From Pirellulales bacterium (GTDB lineage Bacteria; Planctomycetota; Planctomycetia; Pirellulales; UBA1268): DNA of 44,478 bases. This document shows positions 27,070 to 34,666 of this stretch, in pieces. The position numbers and the translations under genes are program-made. Below the pieces are notes generated by a model, which was not told the origin of the DNA, did not search any database, and saw nothing but the letters and a program-made list of their open reading frames with translations. Each line of letters begins with the position of its first letter. The stretch's first letter is position 1. Where the stretch lies: positions 1 through 44,478 of the forward strand of contig JBIJCJ010000002.1 in the NCBI GenBank assembly GCA_044344765.1, in the 5' to 3' direction.

Positions 27070-28524
27070 ATGAAGCGGCAGGTCCAGAGCGTCGCCGCCA
27101 TCCGTGCCGCGGTCGACCAGGGCTTGATGTCGCCGGCTGCGGTCCTCGCCGCGGCCGAAGTCCGCCATCGTGAGACACATCCGCGGCTCAACGCACTGGT
27201 GCAGGAGCGATTCGAAGCCGCCGCCATCGAGGCCCGCGATGGAGTTGGTTCCGTGGCTGGTCGCCTGGCCGGCGTGCCGGTCAGCGTGAAGGAGTGCTTC
27301 GCGGTCGCCGGACTGCGGACGACGCTGGGAATCGAGGCCCGCCGGGGGGCGAGCGACGCGGCCGACGCCGATCTGGTCGACCGCGTGCGTGCGGCCGGCG
27401 CGGTCGTGGTCGGCAAGGCGAACGTGCCGCAGGCGATGCTCCTTCATGAGACCGTCAATCCGGTCTGGGGCCGAACAACTCATCCCCTCGATCCGTCCCG
27501 CGGTCCGGGCGGGTCGAGCGGCGGCGACGCGGCCTTGGTGGCTGCGGGCGTCGTGCCGCTGGGCCTGGGCAATGATCTCGCGGGCAGCCTGCGGCAGCCG
27601 GCCCATGCCTGCGGCATTGCCACGATCATGCCCCGCTCGACCGCACTCGGCACGGGTGGCGCGATCGACACGCTGCCCCATCTGACCGCGGTGCGGCCGC
27701 GAGCCGGGTTCCTCGCCCGCACGGTGGCCGACCTGCGTCTGGCGCTGGGTGCTGTGGGCGTGTCGGCTGCGGCACACCCGGAGCGTCGGCTGACGATCGG
27801 TTGGTGGGACGACGCCGGCCCGATCCCGGCCTCGCCCGCCATCCGGCGGGCCGTGCGTGACGCGGTCGAGCGGCTCGCCGCCGCGGGCGCGACGGTGCGG
27901 CCGCTCGACGGCGGCCTGGCCCGCGATGCAGCCTGGCTGATGATGGCGATCGTCTCGGCTGACGGCGGCGCAGACATCCGCCGGCTGTTCGCGGGGGAGC
28001 GGCCGATTCCCGGTGTGGCCCGGCTCCTGCGGCTGGCCCGGATGCCGCGGGGTGTGCGTCCGCTCGCGGCCGCGGTCGCGCGATTCTGCGGCCGGGGCAT
28101 CGAGGCCGAAGCTCTCGCTCGTACGGGGCCGCGTGATGCCGATGCGTTCGCCGCACTGCTGGCGGCCCGCGAGGCGCTCCGTGGGCGGATCAGCGCGGAA
28201 CTTGCCGGCATCGACGCGATCGTGTGCCCGGTGTCGGCGCTTCCGGCCCTGCGACACGGCACGGCGGCCCGGCTCGTGCTCGCCGCCGCCCCCTGCCTGC
28301 TGGCGAACCTCCTCGAGCTGCCGGCGGGTGCGGTGCCGGTCACGTCGGTGCGGCCGGATGAGGAACGCGGCCGTGGCTTCTCGTTCGACCCCGTGCTGCG
28401 GGCCGCGGGGGCGACCGACCGCGGCAGCCGCGGCCTGCCCGTGGGGGTGCAGGTCGTCGGCGGGCCGCATGCCGACGAGGGAACCGTCCTCGATGTGATG
28501 GCGGCGATCGAGGCCGGGGCGTGA
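27070..28524 (+). CDS. amidase-signature (AS) family amidase
   Basis: The motif GGSSGG (GPGGSSGGDAALVAAG) and the conserved ...VSVKECF... Lys region. Confidence 0.85.
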   Translation: MKRQVQSVAAIRAAVDQGLMSPAAVLAAAEVRHRETHPRLNALVQERFEAAAIEARDGVGSVAGRLAGVPVSVKECFAVAGLRTTLGIEARRGASDAADADLVDRVRAAGAVVVGKANVPQAMLLHETVNPVWGRTTHPLDPSRGPGGSSGGDAALVAAGVVPLGLGNDLAGSLRQPAHACGIATIMPRSTALGTGGAIDTLPHLTAVRPRAGFLARTVADLRLALGAVGVSAAAHPERRLTIGWWDDAGPIPASPAIRRAVRDAVERLAAAGATVRPLDGGLARDAAWLMMAIVSADGGADIRRLFAGERPIPGVARLLRLARMPRGVRPLAAAVARFCGRGIEAEALARTGPRDADAFAALLAAREALRGRISAELAGIDAIVCPVSALPALRHGTAARLVLAAAPCLLANLLELPAGAVPVTSVRPDEERGRGFSFDPVLRAAGATDRGSRGLPVGVQVVGGPHADEGTVLDVMAAIEAGA

Positions 28525-28620
28525 CGTTCGCCCCGTAGCAGCAGTCTCTGGCCGTTGACGTTCAGTCTGTAGCGGTGGTCTCCGACCGTCGACGTTCACT
28601 CTGTAGCGGCGTGTGATGCC
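28524..28620. repeat. about 2.5 tandem family-A repeat units
   Basis: acgttcagtctgtagcggtggtctccgaccgtcgacg (28558-28594) with a degenerate unit on each side. The array starts at the amidase stop codon. Confidence 0.7.
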
Positions 28621-28672
28621 GGTCTTTTTACTACCGGGAGCATTCAACTAGTTGACACTTGATTGGGCACGG

Positions 28673-28809
28673 TTCAGGGTTGCCCATGCCCGCTCGCCGG
28701 CCGTTCGCTCCGGGCATCCATGCCCTCCGCTGACTCGGAGACGCCTGCGCTCTCGCCCCCGGGCTTCGCTGGCCACCTACGCCGGTTCCCTGGACACGGG
28801 CAACCCCTC
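28673..28809. repeat. family-C element (copy 2, inverted relative to copy 1)
   Basis: cagggttgcccatgccc...tacgccggttccctggacacgggcaacccctcac. It aligns with the reverse complement of 14547-14685. Confidence 0.65.
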
Positions 28810-28948
28810 ACGGACTCAACCACCAAAAACGTCAACTACAACGTGCTCTCGGTAGTATGTTTCGCGCCAATGCGAGCGGATTCGTCAAGGCAACGTTACG
28901 ATGTCTGCCTGCTTCTTCATGCGGTTCGCTGTGGCTATTGGCCGTCAT

Positions 28949-29992
28949 TTACCCCGCAGCCAGCCCGCCGAAGGCGTTGTCCACGTGATGGACGCCGCGG
29001 TTGTGGGCGATCGACTTGAGTCGCTCCGCGCGGGTCGCGCAGTACGTGCCGAGCCAACGAGTCTTGCCAACAAGTCTTTGCAGAGTTGACTGCCAATATT
29101 CGGCGCTCGTGCCCAGACGGGCCATGATGCCGGCGACTTCTTCGGTGACTCGCGCCTTGCCTTGGCGGCAGAGTCGGGCCGTCCAGTCCACGAGCACGAG
29201 GTAGCTGGAGAGTGAAAGTCCGGGCAGCATGCCTTCGCGGGAGTCGCCCGAGGCGCTGCGATCCTGGAGCGGGCAGAGCCAGTGGGATTGCTCGAGGTCG
29301 GCTTCGACTTCGGCCGCGGCGACTGATCGGGCTTTTGCGGCGGCCTGGAGGGTGTCCAGCCCGCCGGACGTGCGGGCGTGATCCACCCGCTGCTTGATCG
29401 AGGTGTGCGGGCTGGCTTCGGGAACCTTCGCGATCCCGGCTGCGACGGGGTTGAGGTCGATGTAGGTGCATGTCGCGAGCAGCGCTTCTTCGTCGAGGAT
29501 GGCGATCGACTTGTAGCGGGCTTCCCAGAACGTGCCCTTGCAGCCGTCTTCCTTGTTGGCCAGCCGCGCGAGTGGCTCCTTGAGGGCCTTCATGAACCAG
29601 CCGAGGTCTTGAAGTCGCTGGCGGTAGCGGGCGACACGGGCTGAGTCTTGGCACTCGTGAGCGATCCACGCCTGCAGCGTAGCGGGGTCGTCGGCGTCGA
29701 GGCACGACGGCGGATAGACGGCGATCCAGCGGCGAACGACGTCTTCGTCGGTCCAGTCTTCGGCCACGCCTGGGTCGAGCCGGCAGAGAACGTGGAGGTG
29801 GTTGTCGAGGATGGCGAATCCGCAGACGGAAACGGCGAATTGCCTGGCGAGGGCTTCGAGTCGGGTCTCGATCCAGGCTTTGCGGTGCTCGAAACCCTCC
29901 CCGCAGAGAAAGGCCCGTCGCACGCAGCGTGAAATGCAGTGGTAGTAGCGGGTGATCGCGATGTCTACCAACTGCCGCCTCGGCATCGTCAT
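28949..29992 (-). CDS. IS200/IS605-superfamily HUH (Y1) transposase, REP-associated tyrosine transposase (RAYT)-like
   Basis: HUH motif in ...FAILDNHLHVLC..., catalytic Tyr region ...TCTYIDLNPVAAG..., and the YYHCISRCVRRAFL N-terminus typical of COG1943-type proteins with a long C-terminal extension. Confidence 0.75.
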   Translation of the reverse strand: MTMPRRQLVDIAITRYYHCISRCVRRAFLCGEGFEHRKAWIETRLEALARQFAVSVCGFAILDNHLHVLCRLDPGVAEDWTDEDVVRRWIAVYPPSCLDADDPATLQAWIAHECQDSARVARYRQRLQDLGWFMKALKEPLARLANKEDGCKGTFWEARYKSIAILDEEALLATCTYIDLNPVAAGIAKVPEASPHTSIKQRVDHARTSGGLDTLQAAAKARSVAAAEVEADLEQSHWLCPLQDRSASGDSREGMLPGLSLSSYLVLVDWTARLCRQGKARVTEEVAGIMARLGTSAEYWQSTLQRLVGKTRWLGTYCATRAERLKSIAHNRGVHHVDNAFGGLAAG

Positions 29993-30055
29993 CGCGGGAG
30001 CCTCCTGCGGGATCTAGATACTGAACAACCGTATCCTACGGCTCCCGCGGCCGGT

Positions 30056-30425
30056 CGTCAACGATTACGCTGTCAACGATTACGCCTGTACTTTTTCTTT
30101 TCTAACGATTACGCCTGTCCTTTTTCTTCTTTTCTTCTTTACGCCTGTCCTTTTGGCTCTTTTGGCTCTTTTGGCTCTTTTCCTTTTGGCTTTGGGCTTC
30201 GCCTGTCCTTTTGGTCCCGTCTTCTATTACGCCTGTCCTTTTGGCTTTCGCGCCTGTCCTTTTGGCTTTTTCTTTTGGCTTTGGGCTTCGCCTGTCCTTT
30301 TGGTCCCGTCTTCTATTACGCCTGTCCTTTTGGCTTTTGGCTTTTCTTCCGCCTGTCCTTTTGGCCTCGCTTCTTCCGCCTGTCCTTTTGGCTTCTTTCT
30401 TCCGCCTGTCCTTTTGGCTTTTGGC
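30056..30425. repeat. AT-rich, strand-asymmetric array of ~11 copies of cgcctgtccttttgg, including an 89-bp internal duplication
   Basis: Units start at 30083 (variant), 30112, 30142, 30200, 30230, 30251, 30289, 30319, 30350, 30377 and 30403. Segments 30184-30246 and 30273-30335 are near-identical. aacgattacgc occurs 3 times at 30060-30114. Confidence 0.85.
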
Positions 30426-30460
30426 TTTCAGCAACACGATGAATCCGGGTACAAGATTCA

Positions 30461-30530
30461 CGGCGAGCCTCCTTGCTCAAAGTGAATGGGTGTAGAAGTC
30501 CATCCACTGTGACGGAGGCTCGCCGCTTTT
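30461..30530 (+). terminator. hairpin plus T-run downstream of the array (possible plus-strand terminator)
   Basis: cggcgagcctcc (30461-30472) pairs perfectly with ggaggctcgccg (30514-30525) and is followed by cttttc. The loop is long (41 nt), so the call is weak. Confidence 0.3.
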
Positions 30531-30607
30531 CAGAGGGCAGTTTCAGCCCTGGAATCAGCCCTCAAAAACTGCAAAAGTCGAGCTTAGTGCCAAGTGCGTA
30601 ACTTGGG

Positions 30608-31612
30608 CTAGCCGCCGAGGCGGGCGGTGACGACGCGGGCCATCTGGTCGATGGAGAGCACCTCGCAGGCCGCACCGGCGTCGATCGCCGCCTTGGGCAT
30701 GCTCCACACGACGCTCGTCGCCTCGTCCTGGGCGATCGTGTGCCAGCCCCGGCCCCGGAGGGTCGCCAAGCCCTTCGCGCCGTCCTTGCCCATGCCGGTG
30801 AGCAGGATGGCGGCGCCGATCTGCGGCCAGTGGTCGGCCACGCTCGTGAAGAACACGTCCACGCTGGGGCGGAAGAACACCTCGCGAGGCTCCTCGCGAT
30901 ATTCCAGGGTCCGCGCCTTCGAGAGCACGAGGTGGTCGTTGGTGCCAGCGAGCAGCACGTCTCCGGCCTGCGGCTGCTGCCCGTGCTCCGCCACGCGGAC
31001 GGACCGGCCGGTGCGGTCGCCGAGCCACTTGGCGAGTCCCGGGGCGAACGCGACGTCGACATGCTGAACGACGACGGTGGCCACGTTCCAGTCCTGCGGC
31101 AAGGGGAGGAGCAGGTCGGCGATCGCCTTCGGGCCGCCCGTCGAGGCGCCGATCACCAGGAGCCGGGGCGGCGCGCCGCCGGCCCGCGCCGCCGGCCGCC
31201 TGCGGCTCTCGCCGGCAGGGCCGACGAGCTTGGCGATGACGCCGATCTTCTCGACGAGCGCCCCGGCGCCACTCACCGCGCCCGCCGGGCCGAGCATCGG
31301 CGTATCGACCGCGTCGAGGGCGCCATAGCCCATGGCGTCGTAGACGAGCGAGATGTTGCCGCTCACCGTGGCGGTGACCACGAGGATGGCGCAGGGGGCC
31401 GCCGCCATGATCTGCCGGGTGGCCTGGGCGCCGTCCATGTGCGGCATGAGCAGGTCCATGAGGATCAGGTCGGGACGGTCGCGCTTCGCGAGCGCCACCG
31501 CCTCGACCCCGTTGCCCGCCGTCCACGCGACCTCGTGATCGGGGAGGCTGTCCACGACGCGCCGCAACGCCTCGCAGGCCGCCCGCATGTCGTTGACGAT
31601 GCCGATCCTCAT
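30608..31612 (-). CDS. cheB: protein-glutamate methylesterase CheB (WspF-like), REC plus methylesterase
   Basis: REC domain (IGIVNDM...DLILMDLLMPHMDG) and the CheB catalytic domain (LLVIGASTGGPKA..., ...ILLTGMGKDGA..., ...TIAQDEATSVVWSMP). Confidence 0.9.
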   Translation of the reverse strand: MRIGIVNDMRAACEALRRVVDSLPDHEVAWTAGNGVEAVALAKRDRPDLILMDLLMPHMDGAQATRQIMAAAPCAILVVTATVSGNISLVYDAMGYGALDAVDTPMLGPAGAVSGAGALVEKIGVIAKLVGPAGESRRRPAARAGGAPPRLLVIGASTGGPKAIADLLLPLPQDWNVATVVVQHVDVAFAPGLAKWLGDRTGRSVRVAEHGQQPQAGDVLLAGTNDHLVLSKARTLEYREEPREVFFRPSVDVFFTSVADHWPQIGAAILLTGMGKDGAKGLATLRGRGWHTIAQDEATSVVWSMPKAAIDAGAACEVLSIDQMARVVTARLGG

Positions 31613-31629
31613 GTCACCACTTCCGCTGG

Positions 31630-33945
31630 TCAGCCGGCAGGCTCGCCGATCAGGTCGATGATCGTATCGACGAACGTCTCGTCGTGGAAACTGCTCTTCG
31701 TGAGATAACGGTTGGCGCCGGCATCCAGGCCGCGGATCCGGTCCTCCTCGCGGTCCTTGTACGACACGATCACGATCGGGATCTCGCGGCGGGCCGGATC
31801 CCCCTTGATCAGGCCGACGAGGCCGATGCCGTCCATTCGCGGCATGTCGACGTCGGTGACGACGAGGTCGTAGTGGGCGCCGCGGACCGCGTTCCAGCCG
31901 TCCATGCCGTCGACGGCGACGTCCACCGCGAAGCCGCGGGCCTGGAGCAGTTGCCGCTCCAGCTCGCGAACCGTGATCGAGTCGTCGACCACCAGGATCC
32001 GCTTCCGGTGCCGCGCCTGCTCGGCCAGCCGCTCGAACTCCACCCGCGACAGCCGCCGGCCCATGAGCACGTTGTCGATCGACCGCACGAGGTCTTCGAC
32101 GTCCACGATCAGCACCGGGTCGCCGTTCTCGAGGAGCGACGCGCTGTTGACGTCCTGCACCTTACCGAGCCGCGGGTCCAGCGGGCGGACTTCCAGGTCG
32201 CGCTCGCCGAGGAAGGCGTCGACGATCATTCCGAACTGCTGGCCGCGGTCGCTGATCACGACCACGGGCATCGGATCGGCGGGCGCGGCCCCCGCCGTCT
32301 CGAGGATCTGCGACGCCAGCACGAGCCCGATCGAGACGCCGTCGCGGTCGAAGTATTGGCGGCCCTCGACCGTGCGGATGTCGGCGTGGGGGCAGAACAG
32401 AATCCGGTCGATGCGGGTGAGCGGGAAGGCGTAGGGCTCGCCGCCCACGTCGACCAGCAGGGCGCGGATCACCGACATCGTGATCGGCAGTTGGAGTGTG
32501 AACACCGTCTGCCGGCCCGGCTGGGTGGCGACGCGGACGCTGCCGCCCACCGCCTTGACCATGCTCTGCACGACGTCGAGCCCGACGCCGCGGCCCGAGA
32601 TCTCCGTCACCTGGTCCTTGGTGGAGAAGCCGGGCAGGAAGAGAAACTCGAGCAGTTCGAGCTCGCTGAGCTGGTCGGCGACGGCCTTGGCGACCAGGCC
32701 GCGGGTGATCGCCCGGGCCCGGAGCCGTTCGACGTCGATGCCGCGGCCGTCGTCGGTGAGCGTGATGTGGAGCATGCCCGCGCGGTGGCGGGCCTCGAGC
32801 CGAATCTCCCCCGTCTCCGGCTTGCCGGCGGCGGCCCGCTCCGCCGGGGTCTCGAGCCCGTGGTCGAGGGCGTTGCGGACGAGGTGCGAGAGCGGGGCCT
32901 CGAGCTTGTCGAGAATGTCGCGGTCGACGCCCGTCTGCTCGCCCCGGACCTCGAACCGCACCTGCTTGCCCAGCGTGCGGGCCAGGTCGCGGACGAGCCG
33001 GGGGAAGCCGCGGATGCCGTCGGCCAGCGGCCGCATGCGGCTGACGATCACCTCCTGGTGGAGCCGGTTGGAGAGGTCCTCGTTGCGGCGGGCGAAGCTC
33101 TCGAAGTCCTCGACGTGGCCGGTGAGGTTCGTGAGGCAGGCGTCGGCCCGCTCGCGGATCGTGGCGAGCAGGGCGGCAAGGGCCGGCGGCAGCGGCACCT
33201 CGGCCGCTTTGAGCTTCTCGTCGAAGCCGCCGACCGCGTCGGCGAGATCGACCTGGGCGGAACGAAGCTGGAGCAGGGAATCGACGAACGGCCGCAGCTG
33301 CCGCGTTTCCACCAGCGACTCGCCGGCGAGTCCCACCAGCCGCGTGAGGCTGTCGGCGGAGACCCGGACGACCCGATCGGCGGTCTCGATCGGCCGCGCG
33401 ACCGGCCGGCCGGTCTCTGGCTCCGGCGGCGGTGCGGCGGCGGCCGGGATGCGTTCGGATGCGGTGTCGGCGCGTGATGCGGTGTTAGTGGCGGCGACCG
33501 GCGGGGGCGGTGGCGGTTGGGTTGGCGCCGGCTGCGGCGGGGCCCGCCCGGCCAGCATGTCGTCGAGCGCCGCGACGAGCCCGGCGGCGCGGTCGGGCCA
33601 GGGGCTTGCGTCAGCCAGGGCGTCCTCGGCCTTGGCGATCGACGCCAGAAAGTCGATCGCGGCCAGCAGCAGGTCGGCGTGCTCCGGACGCACGCGAAAC
33701 TGCCCCTTGCCGGCGGCCACGAAGACATCCTCGAGCGCGTGCGCCACGCGGACCGCGGCGTCGAGCCCCACGATGCGGGCCGCCCCCTTCAGCGAGTGGG
33801 CCGCCCGCATCATCGACTCCACGGTGGCGGGCGAGCGTTCCAGTTCCTCGATGGCGAGCACGCCGGACGAGAGCGTGGCGGTCTGGCCTTCCGCCTCCAG
33901 CCGGAACAGCTCCAGCATCGAGAATCCGCTCAGGTCTTCGGCCAC
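31630..33945 (-). CDS. cheA: hybrid CheA histidine kinase with a C-terminal receiver (WspE-like)
   Basis: Hpt (AAHSLKGAARIVG), HATPase (GRGVGLDVV), a CheW-like domain, and REC (ILVVDDSITVRE...DLVVTDVDMPRMDG). GTG start with AAGGAGAG upstream. Confidence 0.9.
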   Translation of the reverse strand: MAEDLSGFSMLELFRLEAEGQTATLSSGVLAIEELERSPATVESMMRAAHSLKGAARIVGLDAAVRVAHALEDVFVAAGKGQFRVRPEHADLLLAAIDFLASIAKAEDALADASPWPDRAAGLVAALDDMLAGRAPPQPAPTQPPPPPPVAATNTASRADTASERIPAAAAPPPEPETGRPVARPIETADRVVRVSADSLTRLVGLAGESLVETRQLRPFVDSLLQLRSAQVDLADAVGGFDEKLKAAEVPLPPALAALLATIRERADACLTNLTGHVEDFESFARRNEDLSNRLHQEVIVSRMRPLADGIRGFPRLVRDLARTLGKQVRFEVRGEQTGVDRDILDKLEAPLSHLVRNALDHGLETPAERAAAGKPETGEIRLEARHRAGMLHITLTDDGRGIDVERLRARAITRGLVAKAVADQLSELELLEFLFLPGFSTKDQVTEISGRGVGLDVVQSMVKAVGGSVRVATQPGRQTVFTLQLPITMSVIRALLVDVGGEPYAFPLTRIDRILFCPHADIRTVEGRQYFDRDGVSIGLVLASQILETAGAAPADPMPVVVISDRGQQFGMIVDAFLGERDLEVRPLDPRLGKVQDVNSASLLENGDPVLIVDVEDLVRSIDNVLMGRRLSRVEFERLAEQARHRKRILVVDDSITVRELERQLLQARGFAVDVAVDGMDGWNAVRGAHYDLVVTDVDMPRMDGIGLVGLIKGDPARREIPIVIVSYKDREEDRIRGLDAGANRYLTKSSFHDETFVDTIIDLIGEPAG

Positions 33946-33964
33946 GATCCTCTCCTTCGCGCAG

Positions 33965-34666
33965 TCAGACCGCGCCCTTGTCTCGCAGCGTGTCGAACAC
34001 CCGGGCCTCGTCGAGCAGGGCGACCGTGTGGTCCTGCCATGCGAAGAGCGCCGACGAGAGCCGGCCGCCCGCGTGGCCGACGGTGGACGGCACGGCCCGG
34101 AGCATGCCCTTGCTCACGCGGTGCACGCCGGCCACCTCGTCCACGCCGAACACCCAGCGGGCGGTCCCCTCCGCGTTCGGCCTCTCGACCACGAGCAGGC
34201 GGGCCGTCGCCGGTTCGCCGGCCGGCGACGATCCGCCCACGATGCCGACGAGGTCGTGCAGCGACGCGCACAGCTGCAGCTGGCCGCGAATGTTCACGAT
34301 CCCCGCGAGCACGCCCCCGGAACGGTGCGGGAGCCGGTGGATGGTGCGGAGCGGCGTCACCTCGACGAGCACCGCGGTGGGCAGGGCCAGCCATTCGCCG
34401 CCGAGCCGGAACACCAGCACGCTCGTCGTGTCGGCGGCCGGGGCGGCCGCGGGTTCCTCGAGAATCGCCCGCCAGTCGTCGAGGTAGCCGGCGGGCGCGG
34501 CACGGTCGAAGAAGGTGCGGGCCGCCGCGGCGAGCACCGGGCAGTTGCGACAATGGATGAACACCTCGAGCTCGTGGCAGCTGCGGTCGCCCGCCACGCC
34601 GATCTGCCGCCAGCACTCGGGCATCGGGGCCTCGACCGCGGCCGGCTGGTGACGGTGGTCGATCAT
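33965..34666 (-). CDS. cheW: CheW-like coupling protein with an N-terminal Cys/His-rich module (WspD position)
   Basis: CWRQIGVAGDRSCHELEVFIHCRNCP is followed by a CheW fold (...VLVFRLGGEWLALP...GIVNIRGQL...). ATGA overlap with the cheR stop. Confidence 0.8.
   Translation of the reverse strand: MIDHRHQPAAVEAPMPECWRQIGVAGDRSCHELEVFIHCRNCPVLAAAARTFFDRAAPAGYLDDWRAILEEPAAAPAADTTSVLVFRLGGEWLALPTAVLVEVTPLRTIHRLPHRSGGVLAGIVNIRGQLQLCASLHDLVGIVGGSSPAGEPATARLLVVERPNAEGTARWVFGVDEVAGVHRVSKGMLRAVPSTVGHAGGRLSSALFAWQDHTVALLDEARVFDTLRDKGAV

Noticed and set aside
28810-30090. Short cgtcaac(g/t)a motifs on both flanks of the RAYT gene (about 28828 and 30056-30078) as the ends of an IS200/IS605-type element.
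   Set aside because: The matches are only 7-8 nt long, and IS200/IS605 ends are defined by subterminal hairpins that I could not identify convincingly. I have noted them but they are not strong enough to delimit an insertion sequence.
30056-30425. The 15-mer array as a CRISPR array.
   Set aside because: The repeat unit is only about 15 bp. The spacers are short (about 6-43 bp), irregular in length and partly duplicated themselves. No cas genes are present. This is not CRISPR architecture.
30102-30461. ORF encoding a Lys/Arg-rich repetitive 119-aa peptide (KRTGG/KDRRK repeats) on the minus strand, together with the plus-strand ORFs 29939-30442, 30153-30485 and 30211-30495.
   Set aside because: Open frames exist on both strands and in several frames only because the sequence is a low-complexity repeat. 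Codon composition is completely unlike the rest of the genome. A non-coding explanation is more parsimonious, although a small basic protein cannot be strictly excluded.
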